Assembly (NCBI GenBank): GCA_963665705.1
Contig: OY762448.1
Location: 3,760,555 to 3,784,554 of the forward strand
Source: an uncultured Saccharicrinis sp.
GTDB taxonomy: Bacteria; Bacteroidota; Bacteroidia; Bacteroidales; Marinilabiliaceae
DNA length: 24,000 bases
Direction of reading: 5' to 3'
The notes under the pieces were generated by a model. It did not search any database. It was not told where the DNA came from and saw only the letters and a list, made by a program, of their open reading frames with translations. This document shows, in pieces, positions 1-7,506 of this stretch. The stretch's first letter is position 1, and every line of letters begins with the position of its first letter. Made by a program: the position numbers and the translations under genes.

Positions 1-547
1 CTCCCCCTACTGGAACAGTTAAAATATTTTCAACCAAACTATCAGAACTAACGTTATTACTGTATGAGAAAGAACCTTCCTTATATTTTACACTCACATT
101 CTGCTTTTCATATGTAAAATCATTTGAAGTAGCGGTAAGCGTTTCTCCATTAGAAAGAATTAGTGTTGATTTAGCAATTCCCGGCTTTATAATTTCATTA
201 TTCAAAGAATTATTTTGTTGCATTAAGAATAAACTAAATCCAATTATTATAGCAATGGAGGCTGCTACACCATAAATCCAATTTCTTAATATTATTTTCT
301 TCTTTCCTGTTTCAGCAGGTATATTTTCTATTGCAACTAAAAATCTTTTATAACCTTCCTTAGATGAAAAACTTTTGTAATTACTTAAATGGTTATTTAT
401 ATTACCCTTTGACAAGAAATAATGGTAAACTTTATCCAGTTTCTTATTTTCTAATGATTCAGAACTCTTTTCATCATTTTCTATTGTATTAATAAGCATT
501 TTACCTATTAAATAAGAATCTTTATGTAGTCTTTCCTCGTTCTTCAT
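1..547 (-). CDS. FecR-family anti-sigma factor / transmembrane sensor, N-terminal 182 aa (3' end runs off the window)
   Basis: Minus-strand frame opens at ATG 545-547 and reaches the window edge with no in-frame stop (checked codon by codon). It is absent from the ORF track because it is open-ended. Translation is MKNEERLHKDSYLIGK...NWIYGVAASIAIIIGFSLFL (one TM helix)...IKPGIAKSTLILSNGETL...ENILTVPVGG. This matches the FecR layout (cytoplasmic domain, single TM, periplasmic PG..A.L.LS.G and VP.GG motifs). It lies downstream of an ECF sigma gene. Confidence 0.7.
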   Translation of the reverse strand, partial: MKNEERLHKDSYLIGKMLINTIENDEKSSESLENKKLDKVYHYFLSKGNINNHLSNYKSFSSKEGYKRFLVAIENIPAETGKKKIILRNWIYGVAASIAIIIGFSLFLMQQNNSLNNEIIKPGIAKSTLILSNGETLTATSNDFTYEKQNVSVKYKEGSFSYSNNVSSDSLVENILTVPVGG

Positions 548-567
548 CTTCTTGCTTTTATTATTAA

Positions 568-594
568 GACACCTCGATAAATAAAAAAGGTGTC
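568..594. other. 7-bp stem hairpin (GACACCT / AGGTGTC, 13-nt A-rich loop) in the sigma/anti-sigma spacer
   Basis: Inverted repeat read directly at 568-574 and 588-594. No clean U-tract follows on the minus strand, so terminator function is uncertain. Confidence 0.3.
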
Positions 595-788
595 ATCAGA
601 TTAAAAAAATATTATTTTTTTTATTTACCCCTATATCTTTTTAGAATCAACACTTATTAAAACACAACATTATCTACACAATCCCCAATAAAAACATCAA
701 CCGATATAATAATAAGTATATAAAAAAGAATAATGAAGTATATTCAAATTTTCATATAAACAAATCGTTTCCGATAATAAATACTTAC

Positions 789-1424
789 TTATTGATGATT
801 TGAGAACATCTCAATCGAAAAAAGAAGAATAGCAACAAATAATTTTGAAACATCCATCTGAGTACTTAAACTCTTAAAGGCTCTTTGTCTATATGTTTTA
901 ATTGTATTAATACTAATGTCCAGCTCTTCAGCTATCTCAGTCCAGGCATACCCTTTTAACCTTAGCATTATTACTTCTTTTTGTTGGGCAGGTAAATTAT
1001 TAATATGATGATAAAGTAATCTTACAATTTCCTCTTTTAAAGTATCCTCATATACTTCCTCACTGTCAAACCCTTCTTTATCTTCTATCAATTCAATTTT
1101 ACTATCAAGAGATTTTTGATTTCTTATTTGATTTAATGATCGATGATAACAACTTTTATATAAATAATAGGTTAAATTTTTAACATCTGTAAATTGCTGC
1201 TTAGATTTCCATAATCCAATAAAAACTTCCTGAACAACATCCTGAGCTGCTTCCCTATCTTTAATAAAACGATCTACATACGAACATAGTGAAGGATAAT
1301 AATGATCAAACAGAATTTGCCAGGAATGCTTATTCTTTTCATTTACTACTTTTAGTATTCTATTATTATCTACCTTCATTTCAATATCCTCTTCTTTATG
1401 GCATAAATATAGTTTTTTTTTCAT
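789..1424 (-). CDS. ECF-type RNA polymerase sigma-70 factor
   Basis: 211-aa ORF with a region-2-like segment (AAQDVVQEVFIGLWKS) and a region-4 HTH (LPAQQKEVIMLRLKGYAWTEIAEELDISINTIKTYRQRA). The start may be ATG 1424 or the internal ATG at 1379 (MKVDNNRILK). Confidence 0.85.
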   Translation of the reverse strand: MKKKLYLCHKEEDIEMKVDNNRILKVVNEKNKHSWQILFDHYYPSLCSYVDRFIKDREAAQDVVQEVFIGLWKSKQQFTDVKNLTYYLYKSCYHRSLNQIRNQKSLDSKIELIEDKEGFDSEEVYEDTLKEEIVRLLYHHINNLPAQQKEVIMLRLKGYAWTEIAEELDISINTIKTYRQRAFKSLSTQMDVSKLFVAILLFSIEMFSNHQ

Positions 1425-1708
1425 AGTACATCATTCAAACTCAACATACCATAATTATTTTATTCATTTTTACTTACACTACCCCCTTAAAACACCTTGA
1501 AATTTCAAAATACTTTTTTTAAAAAAAATTTAATCAACAAAGCAAATATCTCTATTTCTGTTGATTTGATAAATAAAACTGTAATTTGTATAAATACCCA
1601 GTAAGATATATCAAGTAACTGATGTTTCTCAAGAGAGTTAAAATATTGATAACCAAGCAAAGAAAAGTATGATTCATTTTAATAATTCATTAATATTCAA
1701 TACATTAA

Positions 1709-2221
1709 TTACATTCCACAATAAAACAGAACCCTGTTTCTGAATAATAGTAACCCGAGTTCCTTTATATAAGTGCCATCTGTTTTTGATAATTTAAAAC
1801 GCGTAAACAACCTTGCTGTATTTGAGTATAGAACTTTTTTGCCCATCAGGCATGCCTGGTTACCTAGAGCTTGAGCGATGTAACTTTTGCCTACACCAGA
1901 AGCTCCCGTGACAATAATGTTTTCATTTTGTTTCATAAAATCTAACGTAGCCAACCTGCGGAACATGTTTTTGTCAAGGTTTCTTGCTGCACTATAATTG
2001 ACATCTGCCAGGTCTGCTTTTTGTCTAAAGCCTGCTATTTTAAGCAATCTTGATATCTTTAAGTTTTCCCTATTTTCCCATTCATGCTCTGTAAGCAAAG
2101 TAATATACTCATCTGGCGTAATGTTATTGAGCGTGTTATTTTTAATATGCTGCAGATGTAAATCTGCCATTGCGCCTATACGCATCTTTTTAAGTTTTTC
2201 AACTGTTTGATTGTTGTCCAT
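1709..2221 (-). pseudogene. istB: IS21 helper ATPase IstB, C-terminally truncated
   Basis: ATG at 2219-2221 (MDNNQTVEKLKKMRIGAMA...). Walker A is present (IIVTGASGVGKSYIAQALG). After ...SKTDGTYIKEL the sequence turns into unrelated residues and stops (LLLFRNRVLFYCGM*). The Walker B / LLILDD-type segment and the C-terminal third are absent in all three minus frames down to 1440. Confidence 0.8.
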
Positions 2222-2237
2222 ATTACATTTTTTAGAA

Positions 2238-3785
2238 TTATTGATAAGCTGATGCGCCACGAAGATTGGTATGTGGTGGTATATGTGTTTGCTTGGTATC
2301 CATTGAAGGTAAAGGTTCTTTGTCCTGGTTGAACTTTAAAATGTTCTTGATTCGTCTGTATGAGTTGGTTTCCGCATAAACTGCCCTTTGGCAGGCATCG
2401 TTTAACCTTTGAGAACCATAAAGTTTATGTAATTGTATAATCCCCATGGCACTTTTGTATGAAGTCTCCGGGTAAGTTGTGTTTGTCATTAACTTTTCGA
2501 TAATTTCCAATACATAAGTTCCGTGTTTTGCTGCTTTTTGTTTAAAGTACTCGGGACTCCATTCTGTAAAAGCCTGGTGGCTGGTACTTAGGTGATCCTT
2601 GATGGTATTGTAGATGCCCATGGAAGGGTTACGTTTGTGGAAAGCAATACGTTCGTTGTTAAAATAAACCTCTACGGTACTACTTGTATAATGTATCATT
2701 GTTGAGTGGCCTAGATACCTGTATGGAACGCTGTAATAGGTTTTATCGGGAGAGAAATAGACATATCCAATCTTCTGGACTTTAGCCCTACGGTAGTCCT
2801 TTAACTGGTATGTGTCATTAGGTAAAGGTTTGAGATAAGCCCTTTCAACCGATTGAAAGAGTTCTTTTCGGCTTGCCTGTTTGCGTTGGAACAGTAAGTT
2901 ATTGTAAGAACTAAGTAAATGGCTGATTTCCCGGTTCAGGTCACCCAAAGAGAAAAACACCATCTCGCGCATAGGATAAAATATACGCTGGTATACCAGG
3001 CGTACCGCATTTTCAACCAAAGCCTTGTCTTGTGGGGCATAACTCCTGGTGGGGTTGATTACACAGCCATTGTGCCTTGCAAAGTCTTTAAATGCGCAGT
3101 TAATATCCGGTTCATACTTACTTGCCCTGTTTACTGCTGATTTAAGGTTATCCGACACTATAGCCTTGGGTACACCTCCAAAAAATGCAAGGGCATTGCT
3201 CATGCAACGTATCAGGTCTTCTCGTTTCTGGCTAAGACACGCCTCAACATAAGTATATTGACTATTGGGCAATATGGCAACAAAAACTTCCACATCTATA
3301 ATTTCTCCAGTTTCTTTATCGGTCACATGTAGTTTCTTGCCAGTAAAGTCAATGTATACTTCTTTTCCTGCTTCATGTTCAAGCTTCATGGAGCCTTTTA
3401 TTTTGGCATGTTTGCGCCTATAATGCTCCATGAACTGAGTGTAGGAATATGGTTTATCTACCTCATGTTGGTATTGGTTATAATGGTATTGAAATGTAAA
3501 ACCGGGATGGTTTCTTGCCTGGTTTACTTTATCAAAATAATCCATCAATTGCGAAAACCTTCCATTGTCAATGGTAGTATGGGAAGTAAAAAGTTCCTTT
3601 AGCTTGGCATTGTCCATTTCAAGGAGTTCCTTAAAACGATAATCGCTGGCCTTAAAAAGCTTCATATAATCGTTTACCGTGTTCCGGTTGATTGACAGCA
3701 GTTCCCCTATTTTACGGTTGCTGAGACCGTCAAGGTGTAATGAGATAATCTGTTTTAAATCCATTGGATCAAGTGAATTGGCCAT
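2238..3785 (-). CDS. istA: IS21-family transposase IstA
   Basis: About 515 aa from ATG 3783-3785 (MANSLDPMDLKQIISLHLDGLSNRKIGELLSINRNTVNDYM, an N-terminal HTH). The DDE-type catalytic core region (VYIDFTGKKL...IVSDNLKSAV...YAPQDKALVE) and overall length are typical of IstA. The longer track ORF starts at a TTG (3836). Confidence 0.9.
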   Translation of the reverse strand: MANSLDPMDLKQIISLHLDGLSNRKIGELLSINRNTVNDYMKLFKASDYRFKELLEMDNAKLKELFTSHTTIDNGRFSQLMDYFDKVNQARNHPGFTFQYHYNQYQHEVDKPYSYTQFMEHYRRKHAKIKGSMKLEHEAGKEVYIDFTGKKLHVTDKETGEIIDVEVFVAILPNSQYTYVEACLSQKREDLIRCMSNALAFFGGVPKAIVSDNLKSAVNRASKYEPDINCAFKDFARHNGCVINPTRSYAPQDKALVENAVRLVYQRIFYPMREMVFFSLGDLNREISHLLSSYNNLLFQRKQASRKELFQSVERAYLKPLPNDTYQLKDYRRAKVQKIGYVYFSPDKTYYSVPYRYLGHSTMIHYTSSTVEVYFNNERIAFHKRNPSMGIYNTIKDHLSTSHQAFTEWSPEYFKQKAAKHGTYVLEIIEKLMTNTTYPETSYKSAMGIIQLHKLYGSQRLNDACQRAVYAETNSYRRIKNILKFNQDKEPLPSMDTKQTHIPPHTNLRGASAYQ

Positions 3786-3838
3786 ATCGCTAGTTTTTTT
3801 TATTTGCGATATAGCAGGTTTAGCTTGATCTTTCAAAG

Positions 3839-4029
3839 TGGCCTATAACGAACCGTTTTTCTATTGGCATTTTCCAGACTGGCCTAAAACAAACCGTGAT
3901 TGATGTGCTTTTTGCAAGTCTCTGGCATGGTTCAAACCGTTAACCTGTTAAATAGAGACTATAAACTGGCCTGTTTTAAACCGAAATCTTGGCATACACC
4001 GACCGATATTAGTGGCATAAATCAAACCG
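3839..4029. repeat. Array of six direct 16-17 nt repeats TGGC(C/A)T-N5-6-(A/G)ACCG (plus one degenerate copy): IS21 terminal multi-repeat / IstA binding-site region
   Basis: Copies read directly at 3839-3855 tggcctataacgaaccg, 3880-3896 tggcctaaaacaaaccg, 3923-3939 tggcatggttcaaaccg, 3967-3983 tggcctgttttaaaccg, 3990-4005 tggcatacaccgaccg and 4013-4029 tggcataaatcaaaccg. A degenerate copy starts at 3865. Start-to-start spacings are 41, 43, 44, 23 and 23 nt. Confidence 0.75.
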
Positions 4030-4136
4030 AAATAGCCACCATCAATAGTAATCCTAACATAGATGTTGTAGTTCTTTTGATCTTTACGATCAGTTCTAGC
4101 AATAAAAGTAATTGCAAATGTTTGATTTGTAGTCAT
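4030..4136 (-). pseudogene. 5' fragment (about 35 codons) of a tyrosine recombinase/integrase gene (Arm DNA-binding-type N-terminus), interrupted by the IS21 element
   Basis: ATG at 4134-4136 gives MTTNQTFAITFIARTDRKDQKNYNIYVRITIDGG. This resembles the N-terminal pattern of Bacteroidota integrases (..F.I.F..R......K..PIYLRITVDG...). Resemblance ends where the IS repeat array begins, and the remainder of the gene is not in the window. Confidence 0.5.
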
Positions 4137-4229
4137 GACAATTAATTTTTGATGGTTAATACTAAACCCAAACCTTTGTTTGGCATCAAAGAACTTTGAG
4201 TAAAACCAATCAATATCAATCAACAAAAT

Positions 4230-4417
4230 TGTTCACCACAGAAATCAAAAACCATATAATACACAATATACCTGCAACTTACAAACTTCCTGGTGAACAC
4301 ATTTCTCAAAAATAGGTCTGTTCACCAGCTGATCACCAGCATTTTTACATTTAAAGTAATTTCTAAATCACTTTCATTAAAAAATTGATAGGCTTATTCT
4401 TTATTTTCTGGTGAACA
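4230..4417. repeat. Four exact copies of the 9-mer TGTTCACCA in alternating orientation, plus one adjacent variant
   Basis: tgttcacca at 4230-4238 and 4319-4327; its reverse complement tggtgaaca at 4291-4299 and 4409-4417. A tandem 11-mer pair tgttcaccagc/tgatcaccagc lies at 4319-4340. Three sites share the extended form AAAT(T/G)TGTTCACCA. The array lies immediately upstream of the integrase 5' fragment. Confidence 0.6.
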
Positions 4418-4436
4418 AATTTAGAATTAAATATTT

Positions 4437-4647
4437 ACTCACTAATAGCTCACTAGAAATTTGAATTATATTAGTTTATATTGAAATAACAAAAATCAAG
4501 AAAGCCTGTAAAACATACATTTTACAGGCTTTTAACTTATTTAATATTTTAAGTAGTCGGGGTGGAGAGATTATACCCCTTTCCTGTAATCATCTATAAT
4601 ACAACAAAGTATATTTTCGTCATTTCATTAACTCACTAATGGCTCAC
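4437..4647 (+). repeat. 17-nt direct repeat pair ACTCACTAAT(A/G)GCTCAC, 194 nt apart, bracketing a strong hairpin
   Basis: 4437-4453 actcactaatagctcac and 4631-4647 actcactaatggctcac (16/17 identical). Weaker similarity continues about 13 nt to the right of each copy. Confidence 0.6.
4501..4533. terminator. Perfect 13-bp stem / 7-nt loop hairpin, bidirectional terminator-like
   Basis: aaagcctgtaaaa (4501-4513) pairs with ttttacaggcttt (4521-4533). The A/T runs are part of the stem on both sides. No intact gene ends directly next to it. Confidence 0.45.
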
Positions 4648-4775
4648 CAATAAATTGATGTTAAATACTTGATTTTAATGTCCTTTGACATAGTGTAAAG
4701 ATACAGAAAATCATTGGGTTTTGATACCAAAACCATACAAAATAAATGGACTTCAATAATTACTTTACATCTAAA

Positions 4776-5033
4776 TTAGATAATCCTTTGCGTATAAAAA
4801 TGCTCCTTTTCTTTAAATAATTTCATACTCTCTACTGATCCATTATCATAATTCAAAACAAGAAGATATACACCGGTTTGTTGAAAATACATAGTCAGTT
4901 GTTCACGTAAACTGTTCATAACACATTTACCTGTCATTGAGAAAATACTAAAATGCTCAATTCTTTTATGTTTACAAGAAGCGATCATATCCAAACATGA
5001 ACTAATCGCACTATTATCCTCCCTACATTTCAT
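4776..5033 (-). pseudogene. Probable remnant encoding only a T9SS (Por) C-terminal sorting domain
   Basis: The last ~55 aa of the 85-aa ORF (HFSIFSMTGKCVMNSLREQLTMYFQQTGVYLLVLNYDNGSVESMKLFK) follow the T9SS CTD pattern (..I.d..Gk.V......l....l..GvY.l.....ng.....K..k). There is no signal peptide or cargo domain upstream. Confidence 0.35.
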
Positions 5034-5060
5034 AACCTACATTTTAATTAAACTGCTAAA

Positions 5061-5093
5061 TGATTACCAAAAGCTTAACGCCTTTGGTAATCA
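5061..5093. other. 11-bp perfect inverted repeat hairpin (TGATTACCAAA / TTTGGTAATCA, 11-nt loop)
   Basis: Read directly at 5061-5071 and 5083-5093. It lies between the CTD fragment and the lipoprotein-gene fragment. Function unknown. Confidence 0.3.
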
Positions 5094-5173
5094 AACACAA
5101 ACTAATACAATCCAGATTTCCAACTATATATGTAAAATATCAAAGATTCATTATGTAATCAAAAACTTTTTGG

Positions 5174-5317
5174 TTAAGATTTCCTTTTCCCTGTAACATC
5201 AAAAAATCTCATAAACGATCCTTCCAGAAGTTTCTTATTTTTCTCAGAGATCTTAACTTTAAACCCAACATCATATTCACTCCAGTTATACCTGGTATTT
5301 AAATACGTTCTCTCCAT
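5174..5317 (-). pseudogene. 3' fragment of a paralogue of the 7507-7896 lipoprotein gene
   Basis: Translation MERTYLNTRYNWSEYDVGFKVKISEKNKKLLEGSFMRFFDVTGKRKS* aligns with the C-terminus of the intact gene (..LHTRYDWGGHDVGFKVELQENNKNMLKGSFMRFFDVEGTRKY*). An in-frame stop lies immediately upstream (5318-5320). Nucleotide similarity is visible, e.g. acatcaaaaaatctcataaa in both copies. Confidence 0.65.
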
Positions 5318-5409
5318 TTATTATATGAGCGTATTTTTAACGGCAGTCACAGACAACTCTTCTGTTATAGTTTCTTGAATATCATTATAGTCTAACCTTT
5401 TTTTACATT

Positions 5410-5874
5410 TCACACCTGCCTATTCACATAACTACTATAGTTCTTTATTATCGGTTTATAATCTTGATGAAATAAAGAACTGGATACAATAAAATCAGCT
5501 GTTGCTCTATTAGTAGCAGTGACAACATTATATAAGGCACATATCCTTAATAACGCTTTTACATCAACATCATGAGGCTGTGGTTGCATCGGATCCCAAA
5601 AGAAAATAAGCATCCCAACTTTCTGTTCAGAAATTAAAGCGCCTAACTGTTGATCACCTCCTAATGGTCCTGATTTAAGTCGTGTAATTGATGGTACAAC
5701 CATATTATTTTCTTCACATTTTTTTTCCAGTGCATTTGTTACCAAAGAACCTGTAGTTCCGGTACATACCAAATCGTGCATAATTAACTCTTTCCAGTTA
5801 TATTCAACCCAGTCAATTAAATCCTGTTTTCTATTATCATGCGCAACTAATGCAATCAGTTTTTTCTTTTTCAT
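5410..5874 (-). CDS. mgsA: Methylglyoxal synthase
   Basis: 154 aa from ATG 5872-5874. It carries the family motifs LIALVAHDNRK, CTGTTG, GPLGGDQQ, FFWDP and PHDVDVKALLR. The longer track ORF begins at a GTG (5892). Confidence 0.9.
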   Translation of the reverse strand: MKKKKLIALVAHDNRKQDLIDWVEYNWKELIMHDLVCTGTTGSLVTNALEKKCEENNMVVPSITRLKSGPLGGDQQLGALISEQKVGMLIFFWDPMQPQPHDVDVKALLRICALYNVVTATNRATADFIVSSSLFHQDYKPIIKNYSSYVNRQV

Positions 5875-5996
5875 AGTTTTTATTAAAAACACAGTAGAAA
5901 TACAGCGCCTTTAGGTATAACCCCATAAATGTTTTCCTGCTAAAAACACTATATATTCTACTGCATAAATCCACACCAAAAATATTTTATTACATC

Positions 5997-6995
5997 TTAA
6001 CCAGACAATACACTAATCAGGCTTAACAGACGACTATTAACATTTTTCTTATTCTTTATAGCCTTTATAAAAGGAACATATTCAATTTCATCCTTTACCA
6101 TACCTACCATTATGTCTTTTTGTCCCTCTAATAATGCATCAACGGCAGCCACTCCCAACTCACTTGCTAAAATACGATCAACAACTGTAGGTGAACCTCC
6201 TCTTTGAAGATGACCTAATATGGTAACCCTCGCATCATATTCGGGGTGCTCTTCATTCACTTTATTCGCTATATCTACAGTGCTTCCCATATTTTCTCCT
6301 TCAGCAACCAAAACAATGCTACTCTCTTTTTGATAAGAATATTGTTTTTCTAAAAAGCTTTTTAGTTCATCATAACTTGTAGGTTTTTCAGGTAAAAGAA
6401 CTACTTCTGCACCAGAGGCTACACCTGCGCTCAAAGCAATAAAACCGGCATCGCGTCCCATTACTTCAATAAAAAATAACCTACTATGTGCAGTAGCAGT
6501 GTCCCTAATTTTATCTACAGCTTCAACTACTGTATTTAATGCCGTATCATAACCTATTGTTAAATCTGTACCATATAAATCATTATCAATGGTGCCTGGT
6601 ATTCCAACAACAGGAATATTAAACTCTTCACCAAAAATATTTGCTCCTGTAAATGTTCCATCTCCACCAATAACAATCAAAGCGTCAATACCATGCTTCT
6701 GTAAATTTATATAGGCTTTTCCTCGTCCTTCTTTTGTTCTAAAATCTTTACTTCGGGCTGACTTTAAGATAGTACCTCCTTCTTTCAGAATACCACTTAC
6801 TGACGAAGCATCCAATAATCTGATATTATCATCAATCAATCCCTGATAACCTTTAACTATTCCTACTACTTCTATCTTTTCATAAAAGCACTTTCGTACT
6901 ACAGCCCTTATGGCAGCATTCATCCCTGGAGCATCTCCGCCCGATGTAAGTACTCCTATTTTTTTAATATTGTTTATTTTTGAACTCAAAATCAT
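5997..6995 (-). CDS. pfkA: ATP-dependent 6-phosphofructokinase
   Basis: 332 aa with KKIGVLTSGGDAPGMNAAIRAVVR, VIGGDGTF, GIPGTIDND, MGRDAGFIAL and GHLQRGG, the canonical PfkA motifs. Confidence 0.92.
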   Translation of the reverse strand: MILSSKINNIKKIGVLTSGGDAPGMNAAIRAVVRKCFYEKIEVVGIVKGYQGLIDDNIRLLDASSVSGILKEGGTILKSARSKDFRTKEGRGKAYINLQKHGIDALIVIGGDGTFTGANIFGEEFNIPVVGIPGTIDNDLYGTDLTIGYDTALNTVVEAVDKIRDTATAHSRLFFIEVMGRDAGFIALSAGVASGAEVVLLPEKPTSYDELKSFLEKQYSYQKESSIVLVAEGENMGSTVDIANKVNEEHPEYDARVTILGHLQRGGSPTVVDRILASELGVAAVDALLEGQKDIMVGMVKDEIEYVPFIKAIKNKKNVNSRLLSLISVLSG

Positions 6996-7002
6996 TACAT
7001 TA

Positions 7003-7444
7003 CACGGTTTACTCTTGTCTCATATACCATAATTATTGTATTTGATGAAAGAAAGAACTGGACACAATGAATTTAACCATTATTACTCTATTGGGGTCAG
7101 TAACAACACATTTTATAAGTTTCAGATCCGTAATAAAGATTTCACATCGTCATCATGTGGCTAGCTTCGGTTATACTGGATCCCAAATAAAAATAAGAAT
7201 CTCTACTTTTTGTTCTAAAACCTAAGCTTCCAACCGTTGATATCAAGCTAATGGTCCAGATTTTAACCTTGTAGAAGATGGAATAACAGCATTATTTTCT
7301 TCACACTTCTTTTCTCCAAGGCATCAGTCACGATTGTACCTGTTGTTCCTTTACATACCTAGTCATGCACTATTATTTCACTCCAATTTATCATAATCAC
7401 ATTTTCCATTACTATACGTTACTAAACGCAAATATTTCTTTCAT
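7003..7444 (-). pseudogene. Degraded full-length paralogue of mgsA
   Basis: Collinear nucleotide similarity to 5410-5874 (roughly two-thirds identity by eye) from the start codon (cat 7442-7444) to the stop region, abutting the pfkA start. Stops occur in the homologous frame: HD*VCKG versus HDLVCTG (cta 7359-7361) and IWDPV*P versus FWDPMQP (tta 7171-7173). There is no long ORF in the track here. Confidence 0.7.
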
Positions 7445-7506
7445 TTATTTTCAAAAAAAATATATTGTCATTCAATAATATATCAGATTAAAACGCATTG
7501 ATATAT

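Larger units (their letters stand above)
1750..4035 (-). mobile_element. IS21-family insertion sequence remnant (left terminal repeat region + istA + truncated istB; right end deleted)
   Basis: istA/istB gene pair with a 16-nt gap, and a multi-copy terminal repeat array upstream of istA. istB homology ends near 1757, and no inverted copy of the terminal repeats lies to its left. Both boundaries are approximate (about +/-10 nt). Confidence 0.8.

Noticed and set aside
1440-1760. Possibility that istB is merely frameshifted rather than truncated
   Set aside because: I translated all three minus frames downstream of the break. None contains a Walker B (hhhhDD/LLILDD-type) or the conserved C-terminal IstB segment.
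3839-4029. Regularly spaced short repeats that could be taken for a small CRISPR array
   Set aside because: The repeats are only 16-17 nt and imperfect, with two different spacings (about 42 and 23 nt). They lie directly upstream of an IS21 transposase, and there are no cas genes. They are IS terminal repeats.
3900-4226. ORFs 3900-4145 (+) and the long form of 3948-4226 (-)
   Set aside because: The plus ORF lies across the IS repeat array and has no motif. The minus ORF starts at a TTG and fuses integrase 5' codons to IS-end sequence. Only the 4136-4030 segment looks like genuine former coding sequence.
4555-4600. Possible tRNA or tRNA 3' fragment as an integration target (cggggtggagagattatacccc)
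   Set aside because: There is only a 5-bp stem. It has no T-loop (GGTTCGAATCC-like) sequence, no cloverleaf arrangement and no CCA-proximal acceptor pairing.
5875-5892. N-terminal extensions in the ORF track (mgsA 5892 GTG, lipoprotein 7938 TTG, istA 3836 TTG, SDR 10614 TTG, uxuA 9415 ATG)
   Set aside because: The extensions start at non-ATG codons or add residues ahead of well-conserved family N-termini. Internal ATGs give canonical N-termini (MKKKKLIALVAHD, MNSKII... signal peptide, [28 protein letters not shown]).
5977-5984. Bacteroides-type -7 promoter motif (TAnnTTTG on the minus strand: tatttttg) about 100 nt upstream of mgsA, and a similar taattttg at 8187-8194
   Set aside because: An 8-mer this AT-rich is expected by chance in this sequence. 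No -33 TTTG lies at the right distance, and the second site overlaps the uxuA stop and is about 290 nt from the next start. This is not enough to call promoters.
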